NCBI GenBank assembly: GCA_965205015.1
Contig: OZ242029.1
Span: 3,104,001 to 3,168,000, forward strand
DNA from: Candidatus Poribacteria bacterium
GTDB lineage: Bacteria > Poribacteria > WGA-4E > WGA-3G
Length of the DNA: 64,000 nt
Direction of reading: 5' to 3'
The notes below the pieces were generated by a model, which did not search any database, was not told where the DNA came from, and was given only the letters and a program-made list of their open reading frames with translations. A program made the translations under genes and the position numbers. Below are positions 50,079-60,201 of the stretch, piece after piece. Each line of letters starts with the position of its first letter. Position 1 is the first letter of the stretch.

Positions 50079-50369
50079 GGTTTCATTATCATCAACTTCT
50101 GGGGGTGTGGTAAGAAGTCCGACGACACCCCTCCCCCTCACAATTTAGGACTTACGCAATGTGCATTTTAACCATCAACTCGGGTTTCCTTTGAATATTG
50201 TATCGGAGGCGAGTTGATGGTTAACCGCAAGTCCACACGCGACTTGCGCTATTGCGCGACTAAATGTAATAGTCGCGATTCGGGCTGCATCTTATACTGC
50301 ATCGCCTGATTTCAGTTTTGAAAGTTCGGTCCTTCCTTTGTCTGTCAACCGCCTCTCAATCATGAATTA

Positions 50370-51185
50370 CTATTTCCTTTTGGTTTCTAATTCCTCAATG
50401 TTGCCGATATTACCGACGAGATACTCTTGAATGCTGGCATAGTTTAGGATGAGACTGTAAAACACCTTATCGCACACATCGCTGAAACGCTCCCGTACTT
50501 TGCGACTGGTATTCCCTCGATTCTTGAAGATGCCCAGAGAACGGAATGGTATCCCCCACTCCTTGAATTGATGGAGCGCAATTGTGGCATCGCGGGTTTT
50601 ATTATCACTGCTAAGTGCAAACACAAAAAGCGGCTCCTGCCTCCCGTTAATTCGACAATCTACTTTGTAGTTTCCTTGAGGATCTCGTTCTGGATCGCTC
50701 CAGTCAAAACACATCCGTGATTTTGGAACATTTTCATGCAACAAGGTGCGGAAATCCTCCATAAATGTGGATCGAACCCTTTCCCTTGACAAGTATGAAA
50801 CATCAGCTATTCTCAGAAGTGCTTGGGCAAAGTCATAAAGTGCCTCCCCGTAATCTCCATCCGATACCTCGCGTATTAATTCTCCACCGCGGTCCTCAAC
50901 GTCAAACATGGAGAGTGCTTTTGAGATGATCTGCTTGCGGGTACCGCTATGAAGGAGTTTATCATCAATATCGTAGGTCAGGTGCATATAGGTATGCCCT
51001 TCATCAGAGATTAACCATCGATCGCCTTCCTTTTTTAGTACGATGGCTAAGTGATCACCGTCATCGAATCTGAAGGGCGTAAACACGCGGAAACGATCTT
51101 TACTATCGGTTGAGAGGCGGATCTCTGCCGCGACTGTTTCAAGAAAGGCCTTTTCTGTAGTTTTGATAGACATCCTTATTGCCAT
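50370..51185 (-). CDS. DUF1828-like protein
   Basis: VFTPFRFDDGDHL..WLISDEGHT; C-terminal YKVDCRI. Confidence 0.75.
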   Translation of the reverse strand: MAIRMSIKTTEKAFLETVAAEIRLSTDSKDRFRVFTPFRFDDGDHLAIVLKKEGDRWLISDEGHTYMHLTYDIDDKLLHSGTRKQIISKALSMFDVEDRGGELIREVSDGDYGEALYDFAQALLRIADVSYLSRERVRSTFMEDFRTLLHENVPKSRMCFDWSDPERDPQGNYKVDCRINGRQEPLFVFALSSDNKTRDATIALHQFKEWGIPFRSLGIFKNRGNTSRKVRERFSDVCDKVFYSLILNYASIQEYLVGNIGNIEELETKRK

Positions 51186-51405
51186 ACCTGAATCCCTTGC
51201 TTGTGATGTTAGGAGGATTATAGCATAAATCGAGGGAGCAAGTCAATAGGTCAATAGGTTTAAGGCAAAGCCATTCAGTTTTCGTCTTCTGAGTGTATTA
51301 TCAGGAATAGGAGGGCGCGGCTATCCGCAAAAATCGGGGTTACAAACCCCTCCCACAAGAGCGATTCGTGACAATTGAATGACTCTGAGGTTTAAGGCTG
51401 GATTC

Positions 51406-51491
51406 CAGGGTCATTCAATTTTAAGATTTCTCATTTTATGAGGTTAACTGCTGAAAATACAACACTAAAAACCTACAATTGAATGACCCTG
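51406..51491. mobile_element. 86-bp MITE with CAGGGTCATTCAATT terminal inverted repeats
   Basis: 15-bp perfect TIRs; an extra degenerate end at about 51373-51387. Confidence 0.75.
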
Positions 51492-51496
51492 CCTGC

Positions 51497-51546
51497 CTGT
51501 CAAGAAATCTTGATTTTCACCCGTAACTACGCTATAATAGAATTAC
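51497..51546 (+). promoter_or_regulatory. Promoter of the Uma2 gene (second copy of the cassette)
   Basis: TTGATT-17-TATAAT, upstream of a GGAGG RBS. Confidence 0.7.
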
Positions 51547-51568
51547 GAAAAATTTCTGGAGGAAGATC

Positions 51569-52159
51569 ATGGCAACGAGAGTGGCTCAAACGGACCTCAC
51601 ACCGGAAGAGTACATCACTTTAGAACGCAAAGCAATTCCTGATGCTGACACTGTCAAAACTGAATACATCAAGGGCAAAATAATCTCAAGATCCAGTTCT
51701 AACCGGGCACACAATCTTATCAACGGTAATATCGCTGGTGAACTCCACACCCGCTTGAAAGGCACTGAATGCTTTGTTTTTGCTAACCAAATGCGCGTTA
51801 GTATTCCTGCAGCGAAATCCTATTTTTATCCCGATGTAGGTGTTGTCTGTGAGGAACCCCGTTTTGAAGACGATGTTTTTGATACGCTCCTGAATCCGAT
51901 TGTTGTCGTAGAAGTACTTTCACCGTCGACCGCAGCGTATGATCGAGGCGAAAAATTCGCTCACTATCGCCAACTTCCATCGTTGCAGGAATACCTCCTC
52001 GTCGCCCAAGACGCTGTGCTTGTCAAACATTACCGTCGTCAAGAAAGACAGTGGATTTTTACTGATTTCCAAAACCGTGATGAAATTTTGCCGCTTCCTT
52101 CCCTCCAGTGCGAATTGCCCTTGCAGGATATCTACGAGCGCGTCACATTTCCTGAGTAG
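51569..52159 (+). CDS. Uma2 family endonuclease
   Basis: YFYPDVGVVC, VEVLSPSTAAYDRGEKF..Y, SLQEYLLVAQD. Confidence 0.93.
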   Translation: MATRVAQTDLTPEEYITLERKAIPDADTVKTEYIKGKIISRSSSNRAHNLINGNIAGELHTRLKGTECFVFANQMRVSIPAAKSYFYPDVGVVCEEPRFEDDVFDTLLNPIVVVEVLSPSTAAYDRGEKFAHYRQLPSLQEYLLVAQDAVLVKHYRRQERQWIFTDFQNRDEILPLPSLQCELPLQDIYERVTFPE

Positions 52160-52257
52160 GAGTTCGGTGCCTGATAAGCTGAAAAAGAAAACGATCAGAT
52201 GTTGACAACGTCAGTCCTATATTTACATTTTTGACAACATCATAGAGGTCTGGAATT

Positions 52258-53202
52258 ATGGACTACTCCCTCAATGAACGCATTAGTGAAATCCGCGATT
52301 TAATCAATAGTTCGCGCAAGCAACATCAGTTACTGCAAGACAGTGCCTTGTGGTATATGCTCTGTAGTTGTATGGACACAATTGGGGACACAGAAGAAGC
52401 TTTAGAGAGTTTCCTTAAAAAAGATACCGATAGTTCTGATAAAGGCAGAAATTATTTACGCATCTACGGGGCTTTGCAGGCTCTTTTTGTACAGCAGGAA
52501 GCCATTAAAAATCTACATGAAGCTCTCAAAATTCCATACACCGAGGAGGCATCATTAGAAAAAATACGCCATATTCGTATTGATGCTGCTGGACACCCTA
52601 CAAAGAGAGGCAACAAAAAGGCATTTAACTTCATCACTCGCCTAACTCTTAGTGCTCAAGAATTCCATCTGATGACACTCTACCCAACAAAATCAGACAG
52701 CAAAAAACTTAATTCCAAACATGCGGATATAAATGTTCCCGATTTAATTGCAACCCAAAAGAGGATTTTTGAAGACGTTTTGAACAACGTAATTGAAACT
52801 TTAAAGGAGGAGGAAGTGAATCATAGAAAGAAATTTGCGGATAAAAAATTGGCTAATGCCTTCCAGCATACAACATATCCATTTACAAAAATATTTGAGG
52901 CTATTTTGTCCACAGATTCGCCCCATGCTCAACTTGTTGGTGGTTATATTGATGAGATATTAAAATCCGTTGAAACGTTTAGGACTGGGTTAAGAGAACG
53001 TGATGAACCTGATGACGACATAGAGGACATATACAAAAATCTTGATTATGCGTTGCAACACATCAAAGCATACTTTCATGCCCCCGAGGAGACTCACATC
53101 CATAGGGAAGATACCTATATTTTCGCTGACTTTGCAAAGCGGCAAATAAGGGAATTAAAAGAGGTTGCTCGAGAAATAGACGAAAGGTATAGTCAAATAT
53201 AA
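52258..53202 (+). CDS. Hypothetical helical protein, possible HEPN-like domain
   Basis: All-alpha composition with IRHIRIDAAGHP (Rx5H). Confidence 0.65.
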   Translation: MDYSLNERISEIRDLINSSRKQHQLLQDSALWYMLCSCMDTIGDTEEALESFLKKDTDSSDKGRNYLRIYGALQALFVQQEAIKNLHEALKIPYTEEASLEKIRHIRIDAAGHPTKRGNKKAFNFITRLTLSAQEFHLMTLYPTKSDSKKLNSKHADINVPDLIATQKRIFEDVLNNVIETLKEEEVNHRKKFADKKLANAFQHTTYPFTKIFEAILSTDSPHAQLVGGYIDEILKSVETFRTGLRERDEPDDDIEDIYKNLDYALQHIKAYFHAPEETHIHREDTYIFADFAKRQIRELKEVAREIDERYSQI

Positions 53203-53265
53203 ACTAGGGTTGGAAATCATGTGTCACTATTACTTTGACGACAACTTCTTAGGAGATGCATTTAT

Positions 53266-55929
53266 ATGAAACACCTTTTTGAAAAACTACGCGACGATAC
53301 ACTCAATTGGCGCAAAGAAGGCTACCCCTGCCCAGATTATCCACTCATCGGAGAGGTCCTACGCTACCAGTTTGAAGGGGAACCCTCAGAGCAAATTTCT
53401 CTCAAATACCTCCGTGAACCTCAATTCCAATCGCTCGAGCTTTACTGGTTCCTGAGACTGGTGCGAAAAACGCCGCATATCGTTGACCTTTACAAACACT
53501 ACTACAGCGACGATAAACGAGATTTCTTTGATGCGTTTGGTATCCCAGTGGATCCAACCGAACTCCAATGGATCCCTAATGTTGATGCAGTCATTGAGAG
53601 GGTAAAAAACGATCCAGAATTCGTCAGGCAAAAACGAATTGACCCCGTTCATGAAGCCGTAACACTTCCATATCCGAGTTATATCTTTGCCCTCGCGATG
53701 GGGACCGGCAAGACTGTCCTCATCGGCACTATTATTGCCACAGAATTCGCGATGGCACTCCGATATCCTGAAGGCGACTTCATGAAAAATGCCCTCGTCT
53801 TTGCCCCCGGCACAACAATTATTGAGAGTCTACGAGAGATTAGTGACATTCCTTTTGATCGGATTTTACCGACCAGTCTCCACCGTGACTTCCTTGCCAA
53901 TCTTAAAATCACCTATCCACAGAGTGGTGCCAAAGAAATTCAGGTTCAGACTGGCAGTACTTACAACGTCATTGTCACGAACACAGAGAAAATAGCACTT
54001 AGAGCGAACGTCAAGAAACGAACGAATCAGACAGAAATAGCGTTTAAGGAGAAGAAGGAGCAGGCAGAATTGGAGGCGAACCTCCGCTTACAAAAGATTA
54101 CAAGCCTTCCGGGTTTAGGCGTTTTCTCAGATGAAGCACACCATACCTATGGTAATCGGATGGACAAGGAACTTAAACGGGTCCGGGAAACAGTCAACTA
54201 TATCAAAGAGCAAAAGGGAGTGATTGCCGTTATCAATACCACTGGGACCCCTTACTACAAGAGACAGATGCTTCGCGAAGTCGTTGCCTGGTATAGTCTC
54301 GGCGAGGGTGTAAAAGACAACATCCTCAAAAGTCTGCACCGCGGGATTGTCCACTACCACATAGGACAGGACTCTGAGGAAGAAGTCATTGGGAACGTGA
54401 TAGACCTGTTTTTTGAAAATTACGGGGACGTAACGCTTCCCAACGGCGCGAAAGCAAAAATCGCTTTCTACTTCAAGACACAAGAACATTTGGACACATC
54501 GAGAGAGCATATTGAAAGAGCATTGGCAGAAATTGGTGAGAACCCTGCCCTGATACTCGTCAATACACAAAAATCAAGTCAAGTCGAGATTGACGAGTTC
54601 AACCAACTTAACGACCCGCGTAGTCAAAAGCGTATCCTGCTGCTTATCGGTAAAGGCGTAGAAGGATGGAACTGCCCGAGTCTATTCGCTTGTGCGTTGA
54701 TTAAGGAACAGACGACCAGTAGCAACTTTGTCTTGCAAGCCTCAACGCGGTGCCTGCGTCAGGTGGAAGGCAATACGCATCCCGCGAAGATCTTCTTGGA
54801 CACAAAGAACAGATTAATTTTGGATAAAGAATTGGAAGAAAACTTCGGTACCACCCTTGGTAGACTTAGTGGACATATCACCGAGACCGAAGATGTAGAA
54901 ATTCGCATTCGCAAAACAGAATTGCCGAAACTCGAAATTTCTCGGTTGGTCCCTCGTGTCGTTCGGAACCAGCAGGCACCTACAGAGATTAAGTTGCACG
55001 TCCCAACTGATGTGGAAAATCCGCCGCCAATCGTTCGCAATCTACTGACTCCCAATTTCGCGCGAGGGGGCAGCACCTCTCCACTTACCGGTATTGAGGA
55101 GACAGGCACAATTGAGGTGGCTAACCGGACGACTGATTGCTATACGCTGGCACGACGTATAGCAACAAACTATCATCTCCCGTTGATGCAAACATTTAAA
55201 CAGCTCAAACCGCTCTATCCAGAAGGTGAAGTCCCGAACGAACACCTCTACCCGTTGTTTCAGCAAGTAGAAAAACAGTTGCAGAACTATAAAGTGATTA
55301 AAGAGGAGGTGTCCGAAGTGCTCGCGCTTATCCATACACGCGATGACAAGGGCAATCCTGTTTTTGAAAAAGATTCTGATGGGACCTATATCCATCGGTT
55401 GCGCATACAAAAGCGCAACGCTGAACGGATGAGAACAGACCGACTCTTGTTCGAGCAAGCAGACTTGCCTGACCGATACGATGTCAGTTTTCACTATGCT
55501 CCTTACAATTTCGACACTAAGCCAGAGCGAGAGTTTTTCGAGGTCATCTTGGATACCCTAAATACATCGGTAGAGGATGTGAAGGTATTTCTGTTTACCG
55601 GCGGTTTGACGGATCCCAAGAAAACAGATTTTCACTTTGAATATAAAGGTGTTGATGACAATTATCACCGCTATTTCCCAGATTTTGTGATTGTCAAGAA
55701 GAATGGGGAATTTTACATCGTTGAGATAAAGTCTGAGAGAGACCGTATGAACCCAACCGTCGAAGCGAAAAGGAAAGCCGTTGAACGCTTAGAAGAGTTG
55801 CAATCCAATGCACGCTTCAAATATCACATCATCTATACTGATACAGAATTTATGAGAGAGAATATTGATGATATCGACGTTGTTTTGGCGTGGATCCGCA
55901 ACACTGAAACGGACGTAACACTCTCATAG
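53266..55929 (+). CDS. res: Type III restriction enzyme Res subunit
   Basis: MGTGKT, DEAH, TGT, EGWN, QASTRCLR, C-terminal FPDFV..IVEIK. Confidence 0.88.
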   Translation: MKHLFEKLRDDTLNWRKEGYPCPDYPLIGEVLRYQFEGEPSEQISLKYLREPQFQSLELYWFLRLVRKTPHIVDLYKHYYSDDKRDFFDAFGIPVDPTELQWIPNVDAVIERVKNDPEFVRQKRIDPVHEAVTLPYPSYIFALAMGTGKTVLIGTIIATEFAMALRYPEGDFMKNALVFAPGTTIIESLREISDIPFDRILPTSLHRDFLANLKITYPQSGAKEIQVQTGSTYNVIVTNTEKIALRANVKKRTNQTEIAFKEKKEQAELEANLRLQKITSLPGLGVFSDEAHHTYGNRMDKELKRVRETVNYIKEQKGVIAVINTTGTPYYKRQMLREVVAWYSLGEGVKDNILKSLHRGIVHYHIGQDSEEEVIGNVIDLFFENYGDVTLPNGAKAKIAFYFKTQEHLDTSREHIERALAEIGENPALILVNTQKSSQVEIDEFNQLNDPRSQKRILLLIGKGVEGWNCPSLFACALIKEQTTSSNFVLQASTRCLRQVEGNTHPAKIFLDTKNRLILDKELEENFGTTLGRLSGHITETEDVEIRIRKTELPKLEISRLVPRVVRNQQAPTEIKLHVPTDVENPPPIVRNLLTPNFARGGSTSPLTGIEETGTIEVANRTTDCYTLARRIATNYHLPLMQTFKQLKPLYPEGEVPNEHLYPLFQQVEKQLQNYKVIKEEVSEVLALIHTRDDKGNPVFEKDSDGTYIHRLRIQKRNAERMRTDRLLFEQADLPDRYDVSFHYAPYNFDTKPEREFFEVILDTLNTSVEDVKVFLFTGGLTDPKKTDFHFEYKGVDDNYHRYFPDFVIVKKNGEFYIVEIKSERDRMNPTVEAKRKAVERLEELQSNARFKYHIIYTDTEFMRENIDDIDVVLAWIRNTETDVTLS

Positions 55930-56032
55930 AACCAAGTTTCGCTTCGCGACTGTTACAATACAACCAACAGAAATTGAATATCCATTCAATATGCTGTTCA
56001 TTCAACATCTCATGATATATGCAATATGAGCA

Positions 56033-56100
56033 GCCTCAGAGGGCAAAATGTTTATAGAAACGTGATAAACATCCTCTTCAGCCCCAGAGGGACAATATGC
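56033..56100 (+). repeat. REP-like doublet, inverted partner of 59899-59971
   Basis: AGCCTCAGAGGGCAAAATGTTTATAGAA..AGCCCCAGAGGGACAATATGC. Confidence 0.7.
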
Positions 56101-56155
56101 TTGTGATTGTAAGAGACGTATCCGAACACCAATTTTCAAGGAGGGATAGTATCAC

Positions 56156-57127
56156 ATGCACGATTTATTTTCACAGATAAAGCGGTTATCCCAGGATATG
56201 CTGCATAGTTACCAAGATATTCGAAATCGTCATGCGAAAACAGAAAATACAACAGTTGCCGGAGATTTGGCGGTAGAAGCATGGGTGAATATGTTAAAGG
56301 GGTTACTACCTAATCATTATAAGGTATTTAAAAATGGAACGATAATTAGCAGAGATGATCATACCAGTCCCGAAATTGATATATTGGTAGTAAAAGGAGA
56401 ACACCCCAAACATCTTCTTGAGCAGAAGGTGTTTTTGGAATCTGGTGTAGCAGCTGCATTTGAATGTAAGCTTACATTAAGAGCACGAGATATAGAGAAA
56501 TCTTTAGAAGCGTGTAAAGAAGTTAAAAGTTTATGTCCTGACAGATTTGGGACACCCTATAAGGAATTGCATTCACCTATCATTTATGGTTTGTTGGCTC
56601 TTTCTCACCCTCCAAATGGGCATATTGTTAAAAAATTAAACACTTATAAATCTGCAGATAAACTGGAATGGCATCCTCGTGATTTTATAGATTTAATTGC
56701 AGTAGCAGACCTAAATACGTGGGTTGTACAGAAACTTATTGTTTTCGGGACTCTGGGGAATATAGAAGCTAACCCCTTAGTTAGTCTCAGTTACTCGGAT
56801 ATTTCGGATGATCGTGAACTTATTGAAAAACCAACATACTCAATGATTCATTTCTCCGCAAATTTAATCAACATGTTAGCCAGGGAAGACACATCTCTAC
56901 GGAACATGGCGGAGTATTATAGATCTGCTTTGTCTGAACCTCCTGGATCCAATAAATTTCCTCAGAAAAGAATTGATTTCTCAAGGACATGGGATTATAC
57001 ATCAGTATTAAGCGAGTATGTTTGCAATGTAATTTCCACACGTAACTTTGAGCAAGAAACGAGAATAATTGATAGGAGTGGTGGAAGGGCTGTTGATCCT
57101 TATGGCGAGTGGACCGGTGTTTGGTAG
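56156..57127 (+). CDS. PD-(D/E)xK nuclease-like protein (DUF6602-like), AT-rich
   Basis: GDLAVEAW..LLP..G.I..SPEIDILV..AAFECK. Confidence 0.72.
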   Translation: MHDLFSQIKRLSQDMLHSYQDIRNRHAKTENTTVAGDLAVEAWVNMLKGLLPNHYKVFKNGTIISRDDHTSPEIDILVVKGEHPKHLLEQKVFLESGVAAAFECKLTLRARDIEKSLEACKEVKSLCPDRFGTPYKELHSPIIYGLLALSHPPNGHIVKKLNTYKSADKLEWHPRDFIDLIAVADLNTWVVQKLIVFGTLGNIEANPLVSLSYSDISDDRELIEKPTYSMIHFSANLINMLAREDTSLRNMAEYYRSALSEPPGSNKFPQKRIDFSRTWDYTSVLSEYVCNVISTRNFEQETRIIDRSGGRAVDPYGEWTGVW

Positions 57128-57250
57128 ACAGAATTCTCAAAAAAGCAGACATCTGGCACCATGCACTTTTTCTTTCATGATTCCACATCTCTATACCATA
57201 GAACAGTATTCCCTAATCTGATTAAATCTATCTTATACCTCTGAAAATGG

Positions 57251-57279
57251 TTGAAAATTTGCTAATAATATCTTATACT
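57251..57279 (+). promoter_or_regulatory. Promoter for the TA-mod unit, probably leaderless
   Basis: TTGAAA-17-TATACT; ATG 7 nt downstream with no SD. Confidence 0.65.
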
Positions 57280-57286
57280 TATAGGC

Positions 57287-57634
57287 ATGCAAATTCGTCC
57301 CAGAGAAATACTTACCTATACCACGTCAGGCGGACGTAGTCCGTACCGACAATGGTACTCACGAATTAAAGATGAAAAATTGAAGGCAGCCATCTCTACC
57401 AGACTTACCCGTTTGGAAACAGGGAACTTCGGCGATTTCAAGCGATTGCATCAGGATTTATATGAATTGAGAATCCACTATGGTCCCGGGTACCGAATCT
57501 ACTTCGGCAGTTTTCAAAATACCGTTGTTATTTTGCTTTGTGGTGGGACAAAAGGCACCCAGCCAAGGGACATCACCAGAGCACGAAATTATTGGAACGA
57601 CTTTCTGCAACAAATAAAGGAGCAGGCACAATGA
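57287..57634 (+). CDS. RelE/ParE-like addiction module toxin
   Basis: RLETGNFGDFK..LYELRIHYGPGYRIYF..LLCGGTK. Confidence 0.93.
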   Translation: MQIRPREILTYTTSGGRSPYRQWYSRIKDEKLKAAISTRLTRLETGNFGDFKRLHQDLYELRIHYGPGYRIYFGSFQNTVVILLCGGTKGTQPRDITRARNYWNDFLQQIKEQAQ

Positions 57635-57993
57635 ATATAGACGCGAAACTCCAACAGTGCACCATCCCTTTTAAAGACTTTCTGCTAAAAGACCTTGCTG
57701 AACCTGAGTTTGCAAAAGATTATCTGGATGCAGCGATCCGAGATTTCGATGTAGATGGCAATATTGAAATAATGTTGCTCGTCATTAAAAATGTCGCTCA
57801 AGCACAAGGTGGGATTGAAAATCTTGCCAAGTGGACAAAACTCAGCCCGCGGGCTCTTACCAATCTGCTGCAGTCTGAGGATTCGCTGCCACTGGATAAA
57901 GTGTTGGATGTTCTCTCCAAGTTAAAAGATTCCTTGCATTCAAAGCATCCTGTTGCTAATGAAGGTTCTGCGAGTATAGAGGAGACACAATGA
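57631..57993 (+). CDS. Addiction module antitoxin (HI1420-like HTH)
   Basis: [22 protein letters not shown]; ATGA overlaps at both ends. Confidence 0.85.
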   Translation: MNIDAKLQQCTIPFKDFLLKDLAEPEFAKDYLDAAIRDFDVDGNIEIMLLVIKNVAQAQGGIENLAKWTKLSPRALTNLLQSEDSLPLDKVLDVLSKLKDSLHSKHPVANEGSASIEETQ

Positions 57994-59849
57994 AAATCAC
58001 CCCTGTTAAAGGGATACCTATGCTGCACTGGGTCGGTAAACGTCCAATCGACACAGTAAGTGCTTATCCTGCCCAATTGGTAGAAACCTATAACGTCGAA
58101 AATCCAGAAAAAGAGCCGGCTTATGACAGATTTAAAGATGGTCCTAACCTCCTTTTTCACGGCGATAACAAAGAGATTCTCTCCACACTCCTCGTTCAAG
58201 GTTTTCGAGGCAAGATAGACCTCATCTACATAGATCCGCCTTTTGCGAGCGGCGCAGACTATGTGCGAAAGGTAAAACTGCGCGGAAAAAAAGAAGATTT
58301 AGAGGCTGAAGGACACTCTGTTATTGAGCAAACGCAATACACCGACATTTGGGCAAACGATAACTACCTCCAATTCATGTATGAACGACTCAGCTTGATG
58401 TGCGAGCTCTTGAGCGAAAAAGGAAGTTTATACCTGCATTGTGACTGGCGGATGAATAGTTATCTTCGTCTTGCCCTGGATGAAATTTTTGGGAAGAGTA
58501 ATTTTCTGAACCTCGTGACATGGCGGCGACAAATTGTCCGCGGAATGAAAACACATGCTGAGTTCATGCCGTTTAGTTCGGATTATATTTATCTCTATGC
58601 AAAAGACAAGGACAACGCAATTTGGAACAAAATCGAAAAAGTTAATACCATCTCATTGGAAGAGGCCGAACGAAAATATAAAAAAGATGATAAAGATTTT
58701 TTCGCAACTTCCGACCCAGGGACCTACTCTGACGAGAGCATCATTAAACTCTATGAAGAAGGACGCATTTATGTCACACGCGGTGGAAAGCTTTTGATTA
58801 AGGATGGCAAGGTGTCGGTAACGGCAGGTAAAATCAGGATCAAGTATCACCGAGAAACTGTTGGTGATAAAGTTCTTGAGAAAACAGTTGTTGATAATAT
58901 ATGGGATGATATTCCTGGGTTAGGTGTTAATCCGAACGAATATCTTAATTACCCAACTCAAAAGCCCGAAGCACTCCTTGAGCGTATCATAGAAGCATCA
59001 AGCAATAAAAATTCTATCGTCCTTGACTGTTTTGCGGGAAGTGGCACCACTGCTGCCGTAGCTGAAAAACTTGGCAGACGTTGGATCGCTGCAGACCTGA
59101 ACAAAGGTGCAATCCAGACGACAATGAAGCGGATACAGACGGACATTGACAAACCATGTGGAATTGCGCACTACCGCGTCAATAATTATGACTTCCAGAC
59201 CGAGCATGAACTCAAAGAAATTGTCGTCTCTAAATACGGTGTGGAAACTGATCGAAAAGCTGGTTTCTTTGATGGACACCTAAACGGAACACTCGTTAAA
59301 ATCGCTGATCTGACGAAACCACTCACCCGATTAGATATCCAAATCATTAAGGACGAACTCCAAAACCGTCCGGACGAGACGCGCAACATTACAGTGCTGT
59401 GCAATGGGAGCGAAGTCGGCATGCAAGAGGAGCTTGACAAAGAAAACCAACGGCGTCCGATCAACAAAATCTTTGTGCAGGATATTCAACGCGACGGTGT
59501 CACCACCTACACACCCGCCGAGGCAGACGTTAAATTTGAAAGAGAAGGGCAAGACATCACAATCACCATTGAAGACTATATGAGTCCGACCATCTTAGGA
59601 CGTTTGGAGATAGACCGCACTATTTTCGACGAGCACATTGAAGATTTCCGCGCACAGATTGATTGTGTGCTAATTGATACCGATTACACAGGAGCGCATT
59701 TCACGATCGTTGAGAGCGACGTTCCTGAGAAGAAGAGCGATTTTGTTGAGGGAGAATATACGGTATCATTACCGCGGGCTGATGCGCGCGTTGCAGTGAA
59801 GATTATTGATATGCTGGGGGAGGAAACGGTTGTCACAGAACAAATTTAA
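57990..59849 (+). CDS. mod: Type III Mod subunit, beta-class amino-methyltransferase
   Basis: [32 protein letters not shown]-terminal [11 protein letters not shown]. Confidence 0.92.
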   Translation: MKITPVKGIPMLHWVGKRPIDTVSAYPAQLVETYNVENPEKEPAYDRFKDGPNLLFHGDNKEILSTLLVQGFRGKIDLIYIDPPFASGADYVRKVKLRGKKEDLEAEGHSVIEQTQYTDIWANDNYLQFMYERLSLMCELLSEKGSLYLHCDWRMNSYLRLALDEIFGKSNFLNLVTWRRQIVRGMKTHAEFMPFSSDYIYLYAKDKDNAIWNKIEKVNTISLEEAERKYKKDDKDFFATSDPGTYSDESIIKLYEEGRIYVTRGGKLLIKDGKVSVTAGKIRIKYHRETVGDKVLEKTVVDNIWDDIPGLGVNPNEYLNYPTQKPEALLERIIEASSNKNSIVLDCFAGSGTTAAVAEKLGRRWIAADLNKGAIQTTMKRIQTDIDKPCGIAHYRVNNYDFQTEHELKEIVVSKYGVETDRKAGFFDGHLNGTLVKIADLTKPLTRLDIQIIKDELQNRPDETRNITVLCNGSEVGMQEELDKENQRRPINKIFVQDIQRDGVTTYTPAEADVKFEREGQDITITIEDYMSPTILGRLEIDRTIFDEHIEDFRAQIDCVLIDTDYTGAHFTIVESDVPEKKSDFVEGEYTVSLPRADARVAVKIIDMLGEETVVTEQI

Positions 59850-59898
59850 TACTAAACCGCTAATATTGTACTAAGTTTTGGACAATTTCAGTGGAATA

Positions 59899-59971
59899 TG
59901 CATTTCGCCCCTCTGGGGCTTGCTTCTTAGAGGATATAGCACTTCTATAGACATTTCGCCCCTCTGGGGCT
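59899..59971 (-). repeat. REP-like doublet
   Basis: CATTTCGCCCCTCTGGGGCT twice, with CTATAG between. Confidence 0.75.
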
Positions 59972-60201
59972 GCGTTTTTTCGTGCTTTTACATCTTTTTC
60001 TCGGAGTTAAAGGGCTATAGCAAACTCACAAAAAAATAAGGAAATCTTTAAAAACTCAACTTGTACGCAATACGAATGGTTTAAACTTTAGTAATATTGT
60101 AGTTAGAGGTAGTGTTTCGGTAGGCACGGTTTGAAATTGCGCCTACAGGATGAAGGTAGGCACCCGGTCTATGGTACTGTCAATTCTACAAGGAGGGCCA
60201 G

